Below, one piece after another: positions 10,495 to 23,178 of a stretch of 64,000 bases of DNA. Each line of letters opens with the position of its first letter. Position 1 is the stretch's first letter. The notes under the pieces are model-generated. The model ran no database searches. It was not told the DNA's origin and saw only the letters and a list, made by a program, of their open reading frames with translations. The position numbers and the translations under genes were made by a program. Source of the DNA: Phoronis australis (Eukaryota; Animalia; Phoronida); the NCBI GenBank assembly GCA_002633005.1, contig NMRA01000341.1, forward strand, positions 203,474-267,473. The letters run 5' to 3'.

Positions 10495-13400
10495 TCAACG
10501 AAGTGTCGGAGTGTCAGAGGACACCTGCTCAGAAGACGATTCTGATTGAGACGGGGAAACGGAGGTCTTTTCAGGTACCACAGCATCCTCGATAATAGGC
10601 AAGTTCTCATTGGAAGCAACCTCAGGAACTTTGGATTCCACTGAATCAGGAACATACTTCTTCAAATGGGCAGAGTTTCTCATCTTCTGGACACCATCTT
10701 CCCCCTCAATAATGACAGAGTTACCAGTCTTTTGAGTCACTTTGTATGGAGTCGATTCGAAACTTGGTGACAGTTTGTCTTGACGCCTGTGCTGCTTTAA
10801 CAATACGAAATCGCCTTCAACTATGTCAGAGGCCTCAGCATGTCTTTTGGAGTCAGCGTACTCCTTCTGCATCAGCTTTGCCTTAGCATCCCGGTCATAC
10901 AGTAATGATCTCCATTCGGCCTCTACAAGGGGGTGGTCTGATACAGGGTATAGCAAGGGCAACTTATCACGTAACTTTCGGTTCATAAGGAGTTCTGCTG
11001 GACTCATGCCTGTCACTGTGTGGGGTGTCACCCTATACTGGAAAAGGAAATTGGAGAGTTCTGTTTTCCAGCACTTCTTTTCAATATGCGATGTTCGGAT
11101 GACTTTCAAAATAGTCTCATTGCACCGTTCCACGGAACCATTAGAGCAAGGCCAGTATGGGATTCCCGTCAGATGCTCTATTGCTGCATTCTCCAAAAAA
11201 TCATCGAACTCTTTTGAAGCAAATGGTGGGCCATTGTCACCTCTTATTCTCCATGGTAGACCATGTGTCTGGAATATAGCCGTAAGAGCGTTGGTCACGT
11301 GTCTAGCATCTGTCTTAGGGAGTTGGATCACTTCCGGCCATCTGGAAAAATAATCTACAACAACTAGCAAGTGGTGTCCCGTAGGTATCTCCAACAGGTC
11401 GACAGCTAGGTCTATCCATGGCCCTTCGGGAAGTTCTGTTGAACGGATTGGTTCAGGATGGGAGGTTTTACCAAGCAACTGGCACGGGTGACAACTCTTA
11501 ATGAGAGATTCAACATGTTTGTCTATATCTGGCCACCAAACCTTGCTGCGGAGCCTGGATTTCGTTCGAACAATCCCCTGATGTCCATCATGCGCCAAGT
11601 TCAAAACCCTACGCTGCAATACCTTAGGCACAGCTATACGACTGCCTCGCATAACAACATGTCCCATAAGCCATAGCTCATCTTTTACAGCTCTGAAAAT
11701 AGGCTGTTTTACAGAAGAAAAATCACCAGAAGTAATGGCTGGTGACAGCTCATTGAGAATAGCATCTTCTGCTGAACATCGCTCCATTTCCTTCGCAGTT
11801 ATCGCACCTGGTGAAGCGTCAAGGACAGCACTATAAGCAAATAAATCATCATCTCTACGTGCAGTCTGCGAATCAGTTATTGGGAGTCTGCTCAAAGCAT
11901 CAGCTTTGTTCAATCTGCCACTGATGTGCATGACAGTAAACCTGAACTGCTGAAGGTACAACAGCCATCTCTCAATTCTAGCAGATGGTGGTTTTGAAGA
12001 TCGAGAACCCAAAACGACTATCAATGGCTTGTGGTCGGTGCACACCTCAAATTCAATGCCGCTTAGGTACAGTAAGAACTTCTCACATGCCCATCTGACT
12101 CCCAGTGCTTCGCGTTCAAACTGTGAGTATCGCTGTTCAGTTGGAGTCAGCTTGCGGCTAGCATAATAGACAGGTTGATACTGACCATCAGCCTGTTCCT
12201 GTTCCAGGATAGCACCTAAACCAACCGGTGAAGCGTCTGTTACCACTCTTGTATTGGCACCTTGTTGAAAAAATGCCATAGTTGGGGCTTCAGTGAGCAT
12301 TTTTTTAGGGTAAGGAATGCCTTCGTATGCTTCGAAGTCCAACACCACTCAGTGTCCTGCTTGGTCAAGTCGTACAGACAACTAGTTACTGAGGCAAACC
12401 CTTTTACGAACCTTGCAGAAAACTGTGCCGTTCCAAGAAAACTTCTGGGTTCTGACTTGTTGGAAGGCACTGGTGCACCTTGGATGGCCTTCTTATCGTC
12501 GTCCAGTTCCATGCCCTTTCCTGTTAGGACTATACCCATGAACTTCATCTGCTCGACGCCAACTTCACACTTTGCCTTGTTGAGAGTAAGACCATGGTCG
12601 GCAAATCTACGGACTACATTTTCCACCCTCACTGCAAGTTGCTCGTGATCACTGGCCACCACCCTAATGTCATCGTGAAGGTTGTGGACACCGTCGAGAC
12701 CACTGAGAATCTGACTGATAATGTGCTGAAATTTTTCTGTAGCCATGTTTACCCCAAACAGGAGACGCTTATACCTATAAAGACCAGAGGGTGCTGCAAA
12801 AGTTGTGATATCCCTAGAGGCAGGATGCAACTCAATCTGGTGGAACGCCATGTTAAGATCAAGTTTTGCAAAAACACGTGCATCTGAAATCTCTTGAAGT
12901 GTCTCTTCGACAGTAGGGACAGGGTGTCGCTCCCTCACTATAGCCTCATTCGCCCTGCGCATATCCACGCAAATTCTCACATCGCCATTCGGCTTCTCTA
13001 CAACAACCAGAGGATTTACCTAAGAAGTGGGAGTATTGACCTTCTCAATGATTCCAAGCTCCTCTAGTTCTTTCAACTTAGCAGTGACTTTCTCACGTCG
13101 GCTGAAGGGCACTCGTCTCAAGGGCTGGATTACTGGCTGAACACTTTCATCAATGTGGAATTTAAGTTGGTAGTCATTTAACCTACCAATACCATTGAAA
13201 ACCATGGGATACTTCATACACAACTGACCAAGTAAGTCGTTGACCTGACAGGCCACACCTATTCGCAACAGGTCAAGAGCTTCACTTGTGGATTTACTGA
13301 GCAGGGTTGGTGCATCCCCATCTACTATGAAAAATAGAGCATCACAACATTTGTTATTCTCAGGGACAATCAATTTTAGATTACATTTGCCAATGAGTGG

Positions 13401-13714
13401 CAAAGATTTGGTCGAGGCGTAGGGGAATACTCTACTACTACCATGTGGTTTAACAGTAACATCTTTGCAATACATTTCAAATGACGTTTTAGAAATTAGA
13501 TTGCAAGTAGAACATGAGTCAATAAGCACTGGCATAGTTACATAATTATTAACAGAAATATCTACAGGCTCAATGTCAATATTGGCGTTGACACCATATG
13601 CGTAGTAGTTGTTCTCAGGCTCCTCATCAGCTTCAGCCTCTTCTCCAGTTGTCTGATTGACATGGTAATGTCCCTTGCGATTGTTAGCACCACCAAATCT
13701 GTGTCCACTGAGCA
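10495..13714 (-). pseudogene. pol: pol (protease, RT, RNase H, integrase), disrupted
   Basis: PR VLIDSCST; RT RICVDMR...LDLNMAFHQ...LHDD; RH VTDASPVGLG...YSQFEREAL; IN HDGH...CHPC, D,D-E. In-frame TAG (likely TGG) at 13020-13022 and a frameshift in the T-run near 12300. Confidence 0.93.
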
Positions 13715-13792
13715 TTGTTCTTGTATTTGAGGCTGCAATGCACTAATTCGAATTATAATGATAGATTGTGTTTATGTCGACTTTGTTTTCAG

Positions 13793-13843
13793 GCATCACA
13801 GCCTCCTCGTGTCAAAGATGATGAGCCGTTATTGACTGACTAG
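13793..13843 (+). CDS. P2RX: P2X last coding exon
   Basis: ctttgttttcag|GCA TCA CAG...ACT GAC TAG = ASQPPRVKDDEPLLTD*; phase 0 matches the previous exon; donor gtaagt at 13859. Confidence 0.78.
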   Translation, partial: ASQPPRVKDDEPLLTD

Positions 13844-14290
13844 AGGATAAAATGCTGTGTAAGTGTGACACACAATTTCCCTCTATTTTCAAGTATTAAT
13901 AAAGTAGATATGGGAAAGTGCACAACTTTGAACAGCTGAGTACTTCTTGCCATCCTACTCTCTTTAAACCTGCTGCATACTAGAACTACCCAGTCACTGA
14001 CTTTAGCTTCATACGTGGCTCACAGCAAATATCCCTGATTAAAGTGATGAAAGTGTTTATGTAATAAGGCTAATTGGCAAAGTGTAAATTAAATCTTTCA
14101 TTCAGAATTTCAGTATACCGTGATTTAAAGGGGAACGCGTGAATAATTTTGCTTTTGTCCATATAACATGATGATACACTTAGTGAATGGAATGTATTCA
14201 TTGATCATTGAAGCAGCCTATCCTGTTCTATTCTCATCATAGTTGCTAACAATGAGACCATGACCTCACCATACACCTTGAGTTGTGCCA

Positions 14291-14538
14291 GAGATCTGTT
14301 TCATGAAAGTGAGTTAATACTTAAGACAGAAATGTGGTCTTAGTATGGTCCTGCTTCACCATTTCTGCAAGAAAGATTTAGCGAAGTTCTGATGAGCGGT
14401 CATAAAAACATGCCTCAGTCAGTAGTAATTAGTTTATATTCTCTGAGATTTTGCTGTGCTAAAGTGTGACTTGGTTATTTTTCAGAAATAACTGCATGTA
14501 GGGTAAGACCAAATTTCTGACTTTTCATGAAGCAGCTA
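14291..14538. mobile_element. Small MITE
   Basis: Imperfect TIRs CTGTTTCATGAAAG / CTTTTCATGAAGCAG. Confidence 0.4.
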
Positions 14539-14704
14539 CAAAAGGTGTCCAGATTGCTCTGTTAACAGGCTCATATGACTGTTAGCTGAGCAGTGTACAC
14601 TGATAGCATGCCTGAGTCTACTTTGCCGTGTGAACAACACGTGTCCTCTACATCTCCTGACTCCACACTGCAGTTTGTCTTTACTGTCTTAATTTTTTTT
14701 ACAG

Positions 14705-14985
14705 TTGGCACTTTCCGAGAAGAGTCCACTCTTTAACCTTTGACCTCACGTTCTTCGTTTGTCTGAGGCACTGACAAGGGAAGTGTAAATTGGACTCCTT
14801 ACTTGTGCTAGCGTAATCAGGTGTGGGCTGTCAATGGGATGCACTGTTGTAATGAATAGCTCTTGCATATTGAATTGTTTGTTGACTATTTTGTCATGAT
14901 GTGATTTATTTGTGCTCTTTACTTGTTACCCACTTACCTATCCAGTGGTACTTGATAAATAAAATGTGCTTAACTTTTAACAATT
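14705..14985 (+). other. Probable non-coding 3' UTR exon of P2X with polyA signal
   Basis: Acceptor tttttttttacag ending at 14704; AATAAA at 14958 (another at 15981). Confidence 0.45.
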
Positions 14986-16329
14986 GATTATTTAGAGTTT
15001 AAGGTGAATGCAACATTCCATGTTTTTCATGAGAGCTGTGGTCTGCAGATGAACTCATTCCACTGTGTACATTTTAGAATAGTCACGTGTCGTGTGCCGT
15101 TGCATTATTCTAGAGTTAAATTGCTGTTTTGTAATTGCTATATCTTGACCAATGCTCATTTTTGGCTGTCCCAGATTTTGAGAACCTGTCGATTGCTGAA
15201 CAGCGCTCGTTATTCTGTGGATGATATTTGTATTCGAAATCAGGTACAGCTAATAGGAACTAGTGCTATCTTCATGTATGGAAAATATGTGGATAAAACA
15301 AAGCAATGTTGTACATTTAGAATATGATATATAGGTAGTCCCAAGAACATTTTTAACAAAAATGTTATAAAATAGGAATACTTGGAATTTCCTAGCAAGA
15401 AATCCATTAACTGAGAACTACTGGTGATTGCTGTATTCCAGAAATCACAAACTTTTTTTGCAAAATGCAGGAGCTAGGGAAGATGTTGCAGTTGACTCTT
15501 ATTGAAAAGGAACATGGATGGATATTTTCAGACTCTGCACAACTGACTCCATCAAGAGTCTTTGCATGCTCCACAAAATAATAACTTGTCATTCAACTGC
15601 TGCATCTCGGCTTACGTGTGTGCTCATTTCATTGTTTTTCACCTTGGTGCATGACTTTTGTTGGCTAATCCCGGTTTGATGGTCAAACTTGAAAATGTCT
15701 ACAATAAGAGTCACAAGTGACAATTCTTACAACTCACATGCAGTGCAGAACTAACTTTTGGAAAATCCCAGTAGTTCACTGCAAAACCATATTCTGATAC
15801 TCATGTTTTATAATAATTTTGTTGACATATTTTAGGGATACCTTGCAAGTTTATGAATTTCTGAACATGTACCTTTTTCTTGTGTATTGTTTTGAAAAAA
15901 TATATGAAAATGACTTGATTGGAAGAGATAACTTATTCAAACCTCATGCTAATAATTCTGATTGTTTTTGTATGTTGTTAAATAAATGATTATGTTACAA
16001 TTTCTTCTCATTTACATTAAACTAAAAGTGGTTATAAACCCGACTTTCTCTAAAAAAACTGATTTCGAGTTAGACCAATACTTATTGTTAGAAAATTGGT
16101 CTTTCTTGTTCCATACTTAGAAGTGATTTATGAGATTAGAAAAAAATGCTACATGTAGTCACTTCTCGAAGTTACTGCTTGAGACCAGGCTTCACAAACT
16201 GGCTTGGAATGGGACATTTTATGTGAAATCAAATTTTAGTTTCATTAACCGCCAACACTGGCTTACAGCAGTGTGAACTGATGAGGCTAACCTCATTGTA
16301 AATATTACATTAATAAATAGTAAATAATA

Positions 16330-18150
16330 AATCATTCCTGGTTACAATGTAGCCTATCACGGTAACAGTGGTTGTGGCATCATCCTGCTCAATAAATACA
16401 CATTTTGTCTTGCCTTAACTTGCCCACAGTTATGCAACTGTTTGATTGAAATTTATTTCGGTCTCAGAAAAATTCAATATGGGTTGTTTTACCGATCACC
16501 TCAGTCACCAACTGAAAGAAAACACTACTTCAAAGCTCTAGCCCATCAGTTAGCGAAATTTAACGCAATAGCGTTAGTATAGTCACCAATGGTGACTTTA
16601 ATGCCTGAAACTCCACCTGTTTTGATGATGATCATGACAATACAGCCGGACTACAATTGTTTGATATCTTGCTTTCTAATGACTGCGTACGGCCAATTAA
16701 TGAGCATACGCGCATGGCTAACATTTATCAATCATGTATTGATCTCTTCATAACAAGCAATTTGAGTAGGCCTATCATTGAATCATGTTCTGTACTACCT
16801 CCTGTTGGCATTCTGATCACCACACTGTTGAAACCACTCTAATATTTAAGAAACTGGCCAAAGAACAAGACACCACACGAACCATATAGAAATATGATCA
16901 AGTCGACATCTATGAACTACGTCAGGATCCACTGATTGGGATTCCGACACCGGCGACATTGATGATACTGCTTAACTCTTCACTACTACTATTTATGACA
17001 TTTTAAAAACAACGTTCCTTCAACTAAAAAGTAATTAATCACAACAGCCAACTATGGTCCAACAATAATATTAAATGGCAATCCGCACAAGAAGCAGACT
17101 TAAAAAACAGCTCGTTTAGAAGATCTAAGAACACTGCAATCTACAACAGATACAAGGAACAGTCTCGCCTGACAGAGACTTAAGTAAATCTAGCTGATCA
17201 CCACCAAAAGCTTTTTTTCACTTATCAACAGTGTACACGTAAGCAGGAACTCCAACGAATATTGGAATATTATCTATTACATACGCGGCAGTCAACAACA
17301 ATTCTCTTCAGTTACTCCGTCATCAACCACAATTGAAACCTGGCTTCAAATAGCAGTGACAAGCGTGACCCACTTCTGAAATTTTTCGTAAACAGAAGCC
17401 ACATTACACCAACTGATGCGGGTAATTTTCCCTTTCTTCATGAACGTTGTCTCAATCAAGTGTCTGATATCCTGGTTAATCAAACAGACGTCCGCAAGTA
17501 TCTCAATGGAATTGATCCCAATATAAGAATGATGGCACAGCTTTTATCACAAGGATGATGATCATAGTGATAACCAACGAAATTGCAATGCCTTTAACCA
17601 ACCTATTTAACAAACGTCTTTAGCTAGATATGTATCCGTCTTCTTGGAAACATGGAATTATGGTCCCTATACATAAAAAAGTCTTCAAAACTGAAATTTA
17701 TAATTATTACCCAATAACTTCATTTAACACCTCGGCTATCCAAAATCTTCGAGATCATTGCTCAAAATATTCTTACATTTCTTAAACAAAGCAACTTGAC
17801 TTATCATCGTCAATTTGGATTTTTCCCTGGAAACAGCACCGTTGCACAATTTGTTGAAACAGTACATGAGATTCAAAGGGCGCAAATGTCAGGTCCATCT
17901 TTCAATATATAACCCCTGCTTTCGACAGTATCCCTCATGACCTTCTACTCCACAAACTTCGATCCTAAGGCATTACTGGGAATCTTATAAGTATGGTCAC
18001 CTCATACGCCCTCCTGGCTTTATAAACGCAGGTGTACCGCATGGTAGCACATCTGACCCTCTTCTCTTCTTGGTTCATATCAATGACCTTCCTGATAACC
18101 TGTCACGTAGAACATACCTTAATGCAGATGACACGGCGCTTATTTACCCC
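16330..18150 (+). mobile_element. Degraded CR1-like LINE ORF2 (APE endonuclease and RT)
   Basis: Ordered broken motifs GDFNA, CIDLFIT, SDH, PIHKK, QFGF..GNST, AFDSIPHDLLLHKL, AGVP.GS, INDLP, ADDT. Confidence 0.85.
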
Positions 18151-18737
18151 TTTGCAGGAGGCAGCCCTTGGAATTTTTGCAGCTGCAACACGACTTGAGG
18201 ACTGTGTTGAAGCAGAATTAAGTGAAAAGCAACAAGACTGAATTGTATATGAACAGTTTAATTTTATAATTTGACTGTTCACTAGAGATGAGAGCGCACA
18301 ATTGTCACCTATGAAATTTTCTTGAATGTTTCCTGCCCAATCACTTTAACTCATACTTCTTTAATTACAATAGAGATTCTCGTCTCTTTTAGCGCGAAAC
18401 CTGTGGCGCCTTCTTACATGTAATTCCTACTTGGCAAGACATCGAAACGATTTTTATTTTGATAGGGTTCTTAACCTGTCTTCTTTGCTTCCGTATCAAA
18501 TGAACACGATTCTTTTGTTTTTAGATGCTCTTAAAGTCTAGCTGCCGGCCGGTTCGTTGGATATCATCGAACTAGAGTGGATTTTAACAGATATGGCTTT
18601 TGCGTTGTCAAACTTAATGCTTAATTTGCTTTAATCTATTTAAACTGCAAATAAATTTCGCATTCTAAGAGTTGATAATTTTTCGCAGAAACGACTTCTT
18701 TCACATTCAACATACATGTATATTTCTTTCTTGCATA

Positions 18738-18965
18738 TCTAACCCAAACCCTAATTCTTCGAACAAAAAAACTTGTCCCTGATCCTAACGATAACGAAAA
18801 CACTAACCCGAACGATAACCCCAACCTTAACCTTAACGCTAACACTAACCCTAATCTGACCCTAACCGTAACCCTAACCCTGACTCAAGGAAAACTCTAA
18901 CCAAAACCAGAAACCCCAAACAGTAACCCTATCCGTAACCCTAATGGAAGCCCCAAACCCAACTT
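18738..18965. repeat. Degenerate (CCCTAA)n telomere-like tract
   Basis: AACCCTAA, ACCCTAACCGTAACCCTAACCCTGA and variants with 6-bp periodicity. Confidence 0.75.
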
Positions 18966-18989
18966 GAAACCCCCAATAGAAATAAAGAA

Positions 18990-19880
18990 ACTCATCGACC
19001 CCGTGCACCTCCCATGGTTAGCAAGTTGAAAGAAACTTCAAGGGTTAGTTTTCGGCAATAGGCGCAGGAAAGCCTGCAATTTTGGCCGCAGCTACCCCAA
19101 AGAGCGCAAAATTGCGCAAGTCTCTTCTCCGCTCTCTGGTAAAACGTCTACTGATGACAATTAAACTAAACCTTGAAACTCGTTTTTTTTTCTACTCCGC
19201 GACCCCTTGCGCCTCCCGTTGTTCGCAAGTTGAAAGAAACTGGACATTCAACGTTCAGTGTTTCGGCAATCGGCGCACGAAATCGGTTTATTGCTGACAA
19301 ACTAACAGCTGAAAGTCGGATTTTTCCACTAGCCGACCCCGTGACCCTCCCTTGGTTCGCACAAAAGAAAGAAACTGAACTTTCAACTTACAGTTTTTTG
19401 ACAATCGCCGCAGGAAGTCGTGCGCGTTTGATCTACCCTCTGGTACTAAAAGGTCTATTGCTGACAAACTAACCGTTGAAAGTCGGGTTTTTTAGAACTC
19501 CCCGACACCATGCACAATCCTTGGTTCGCAAGTAGAAAGGAACTGTACTTTACCGGTTAGTTTTTCGGAAATCGGCGCACGACTTCGTTCAATTTTGGCC
19601 TGCCCTAACGAGCGCGAAAATGCTCGAGTTTCTCTGCCCTCTGGTGAAAGGTCTGTTGCTGACAAACTACCCGATGACCAAAGTCGGTTTTTTTCCACAC
19701 ATCGACCCCGTGCACCTTCCTTGGTTCGCAAGTTAAAAGAAATTGGACTTTCAAAGGTTAGTTTTTTGGCAATCGGCGCACAAATGTCTGGCCTACCTCA
19801 ACCAGCGCGAAAATGCTGTCGCGAGTTTTTTCGCCCTCTGGTAAAAGGTGCATTGCTGACACACTACCGTTGTCACCCAG
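18990..19880. repeat. Diverged satellite, about 5 monomers of 135-205 bp
   Basis: CGACCCCGTGCACC...TGGTTCGCAAGTTGAAAGAAACT...GGCAATCGGCGCA recurs at about 18995, 19199, 19333, 19502 and 19702. Confidence 0.85.
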
Positions 19881-21462
19881 AATAGTAAAACGGAACTGCC
19901 AAAAATAATTTCGACTTCAGAGTAGAAAGGTTATATTCTGGCCCCTGAATGCTTGGGTGCGGCATGAGGCATTCCTCCAGTTCTACGGTTAATATAATGT
20001 CTATAATGGATAAAACACTGGTCAAAGGTTTTATTTCACCTTCTTAAACATAAGGAACTCAAGATCATGTGCAATACATCGAATCTGATTTTCAACACTC
20101 AACATACGTACATGTGGACCTACAAAAAGAGAACATAGGAGTTTGTGAGTTTCTAATAATGTTAAGTGAGTATAGTTTGAAAATAAGACCTTATTTTCGT
20201 CTATTATAATTTGCATTTGACAAGTAATATGCAAGGCATGCAATGAAGTAACAGTGTTTACAGCACCTGACAAGAACATCACTCAATCAACATACAAATG
20301 TGGATCAATGACCCGACCACTCATGATTGTTTCCTCTGATTTTTAAATTTTCATTCTTCTTCTTATCTGCTCGCCCTCATGTCAGGGTTTGATGGTTTCC
20401 TCGGTGTGTGCTCCGTTAAATGATTGCCAATATCGCAAGTTATCATACTGGTTTCAGCCAATCAAAAGGTAGAAGTAGCGGAAGTCACGTAACAACAAAG
20501 GTTGGTGCCCAACCTAAATATAAGTAATAAACAGTATGATCTCTGCAATTATTGTCAATTAATGGAAACTTGAGAGAGTGAAGATATTGACATGAATCAC
20601 TTTTTACAAAAACCTGACATCGCAATAGCAGAGGGTTTATTAGACCCAGACCATCCAACCACCACAACACTGCTAAATCTAAGATGAACACAAATTCAGC
20701 TTATGGAATGCATTTGTATCATGTGGTTTCACTGTTTGGACCGCAAAACCGCCTTTCTCTCAATTCTTTGTTGATTGTCTCAAGCTCTTCATCTGTGTCA
20801 TCCGACTCGTACACACTGTCGTCTGACTCGGATGAAATGTCGTTTATTTCATGCTCAATCTGTAGTAAAATGAAATACATCATATACAGTGGCAAGCCTT
20901 TCTCCCTCACCAAATGCAACAGAATTCTCGCTGACAACGTTACTTTGCTATGAAAATACTCTTCTCACAGTTCAAGAAGAACCATTAGCCAGGACACAAT
21001 GTGATAAAAAATGTATTCACCAAAACTAAAAAGAAAAAAAGTTGAGCTGCTGAAATCAGAACTAAATTACAATTAAATCCAGATATTGCGAGTACAGTAA
21101 AATTTCACTCAATTCCGTATGTGAGAAATTATTTTTTCCAATTCTTAAGCTTGTCCAATTTTGAAGAAACCTCGATCAATCCCGATCATATGTCTGAATA
21201 TAATGAAACTCTCCCTCAAGAAATTGCTTGCATACGCATAAGAAAATTTCCACCCCAACCAATCCCTATTTGATATTGTTTATGTCATTTCACAGTTTCA
21301 GATGACATCACTTAAAGAAAATTTTTGTTTTCCCATTAGCCGCGGACAACGCCAGCTTCGCTTGTGAATGAACTTCGAATCTAATCCCGCCGACACGTGA
21401 CTGAACAATTATCGAAGTTCTAAATTCTTGTACCAACCATGCTCCCAACCATCACAGATTAT

Positions 21463-21749
21463 CAGGGGCGGATCTAGGATTTTGAGTAACCAGAATTTCG
21501 GCAGATGTACACGCCCAGCCTAAAATGTAGCGACGCAGGGGTCTCATTTGGGTTTGCGGACCTTTTGACTTAAAAAAAAAAGGTAAATGGGGGGTTTGTT
21601 CAGGGCCTATGCATTGTTTATTCACCCCCGAGCCCCCTTAGTTGCGTGCATGTGTTAGTCAGCAATTCGAAACCAAACTGCCAATGGCACCTGCTAGAAT
21701 TTTAGGGGGGGCATGGTCCCCTTGGCCCCCCCCCCTAAATCCGCCACTG
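21463..21749. mobile_element. CAGGGGCGGAT-type MITE (relatives at about 31656-31810 and 50606-50759)
   Basis: TIR CAGGGGCGGAT / ATCCGCCACTG; flanks ATTAT / ATTAC (near-perfect 5-bp TSD). Confidence 0.7.
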
Positions 21750-23178
21750 ATTACAGACAAGAGATTCGCAACTCCGATATTGTCTTCAGTACTATCCAAG
21801 AGGCAGCCATTCTCCTCAATTATATGGTTCATTTTCTGGTTAGTATATTGTGACGGGAAATTCTTGCATTTATTTTGCTGTCCAGTACAATGAAAACGAA
21901 ATAATAATTTCGGCATTGAAAGGCTGTTCAAAATCTTAAAATAGTAGATCTGTTGGTATCGTGAGTACTTTTAGCAACGCTACTACCACCCGACAACACA
22001 ACAGCCGACCAAGATTAGCAGACAACATGCTTGCCGGAAATAATGCCAGATAATTGGGCCAGTTGTCGCTAGTGAATAATGACCTAACATGCGGAAGAGC
22101 ACAGATTTCGTCCATTGAAAGTATACGGAGTTGGCGGTCCATGAACTATAGTCTATGGTACCATCAAATATTGTAAGGTGTGCAAGAACTTGATGCTCAT
22201 GAAACACGCTTTTGCTTCTCCGTCCATCCTCCCTTATGAAAACTAAGGAGTAAGACTGCGTTCCGTGACATATAACATGCCATTTTGGAATACACACACG
22301 TATCTGTGAAGACTTTGGGAAATTTTGCCAAAACTTGCTAGATTCTTGGCATACAAAAATTACCCTGATGAGTTTACGAGATGGCAATTTAGAGAATGTT
22401 GGCGTTGAAAGTTCCTGTTTGTCAACTTTGCGCTGTGACAAGTGTATGCGGCTGTCTGAAGCTCACAACTATAAAACCAAATAATAAATTCAAAGCTACC
22501 GACTGAATAACCTCCGTTTCTTTTAGAGAACGCCAAAAAAATCCCATATGCTAGCCTTCTTACAATGTGCATAGAAAAACTTTCTGCATCTTGCTTTAGG
22601 AAACAATCTCATCACAGGGCTTCATCTAGGATTTCGAACATAGGGTGTCCAAAATGGGGTTCCCAATATTCCAGGGCGTCCATGATTCCAACGCCGCATT
22701 ACCCCCCCCCCCTCCCCACCCCATTCACCAGTAACCCCCCCCCAATACACACAGTGGGGTTTTTTTACAATTAAAAATGCGTTGAACAAGGCTTTTACAC
22801 CTAAGTTTACAAAAACAGCTCCCTTGTATTGGGCTTTTTTAAGTACTAAAAAACTGTTGATCAAGACTTTTATGTTTAAATTTACGAAAACAGCCAAATA
22901 GCTTACCAAACGGGTATTACAGATATTACAGATATTGGTTGAACGATGAGTGCACTGTTTTTGGTCATCTCAAGTCAAATTCTGTTATAAAGTTTATTAT
23001 ATCAACTTCACTAGCTTTATATTCTGTACAATGAGTCATCAAAGCTGCAGTTACCAACAAAAGAAAAATGCACAGATGATGTGTGGTTTATATTTTGACA
23101 ACAGGTGTCACTGCTGCTCCATTTTAGACGCACATAGAAAAGCATGAAACAGGCGAAAACTCAAACATTTTAAATGGG

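Larger units (their letters stand above)
9050..13714 (-). mobile_element. Ty3/Gypsy (Mag-like) LTR retrotransposon, circularly permuted, in the last coding intron of P2X
   Basis: Minus-strand order: gag-tail/PR, RT, RH, IN, LTR, 44-bp spacer, LTR, PBS, gag. The LTRs are identical and TATGT abuts each on the spacer side. Confidence 0.93.

Noticed and set aside
10823-12887. Plus-strand ORFs of 65-176 aa
   Set aside because: Antisense shadows of the Gypsy pol gene.
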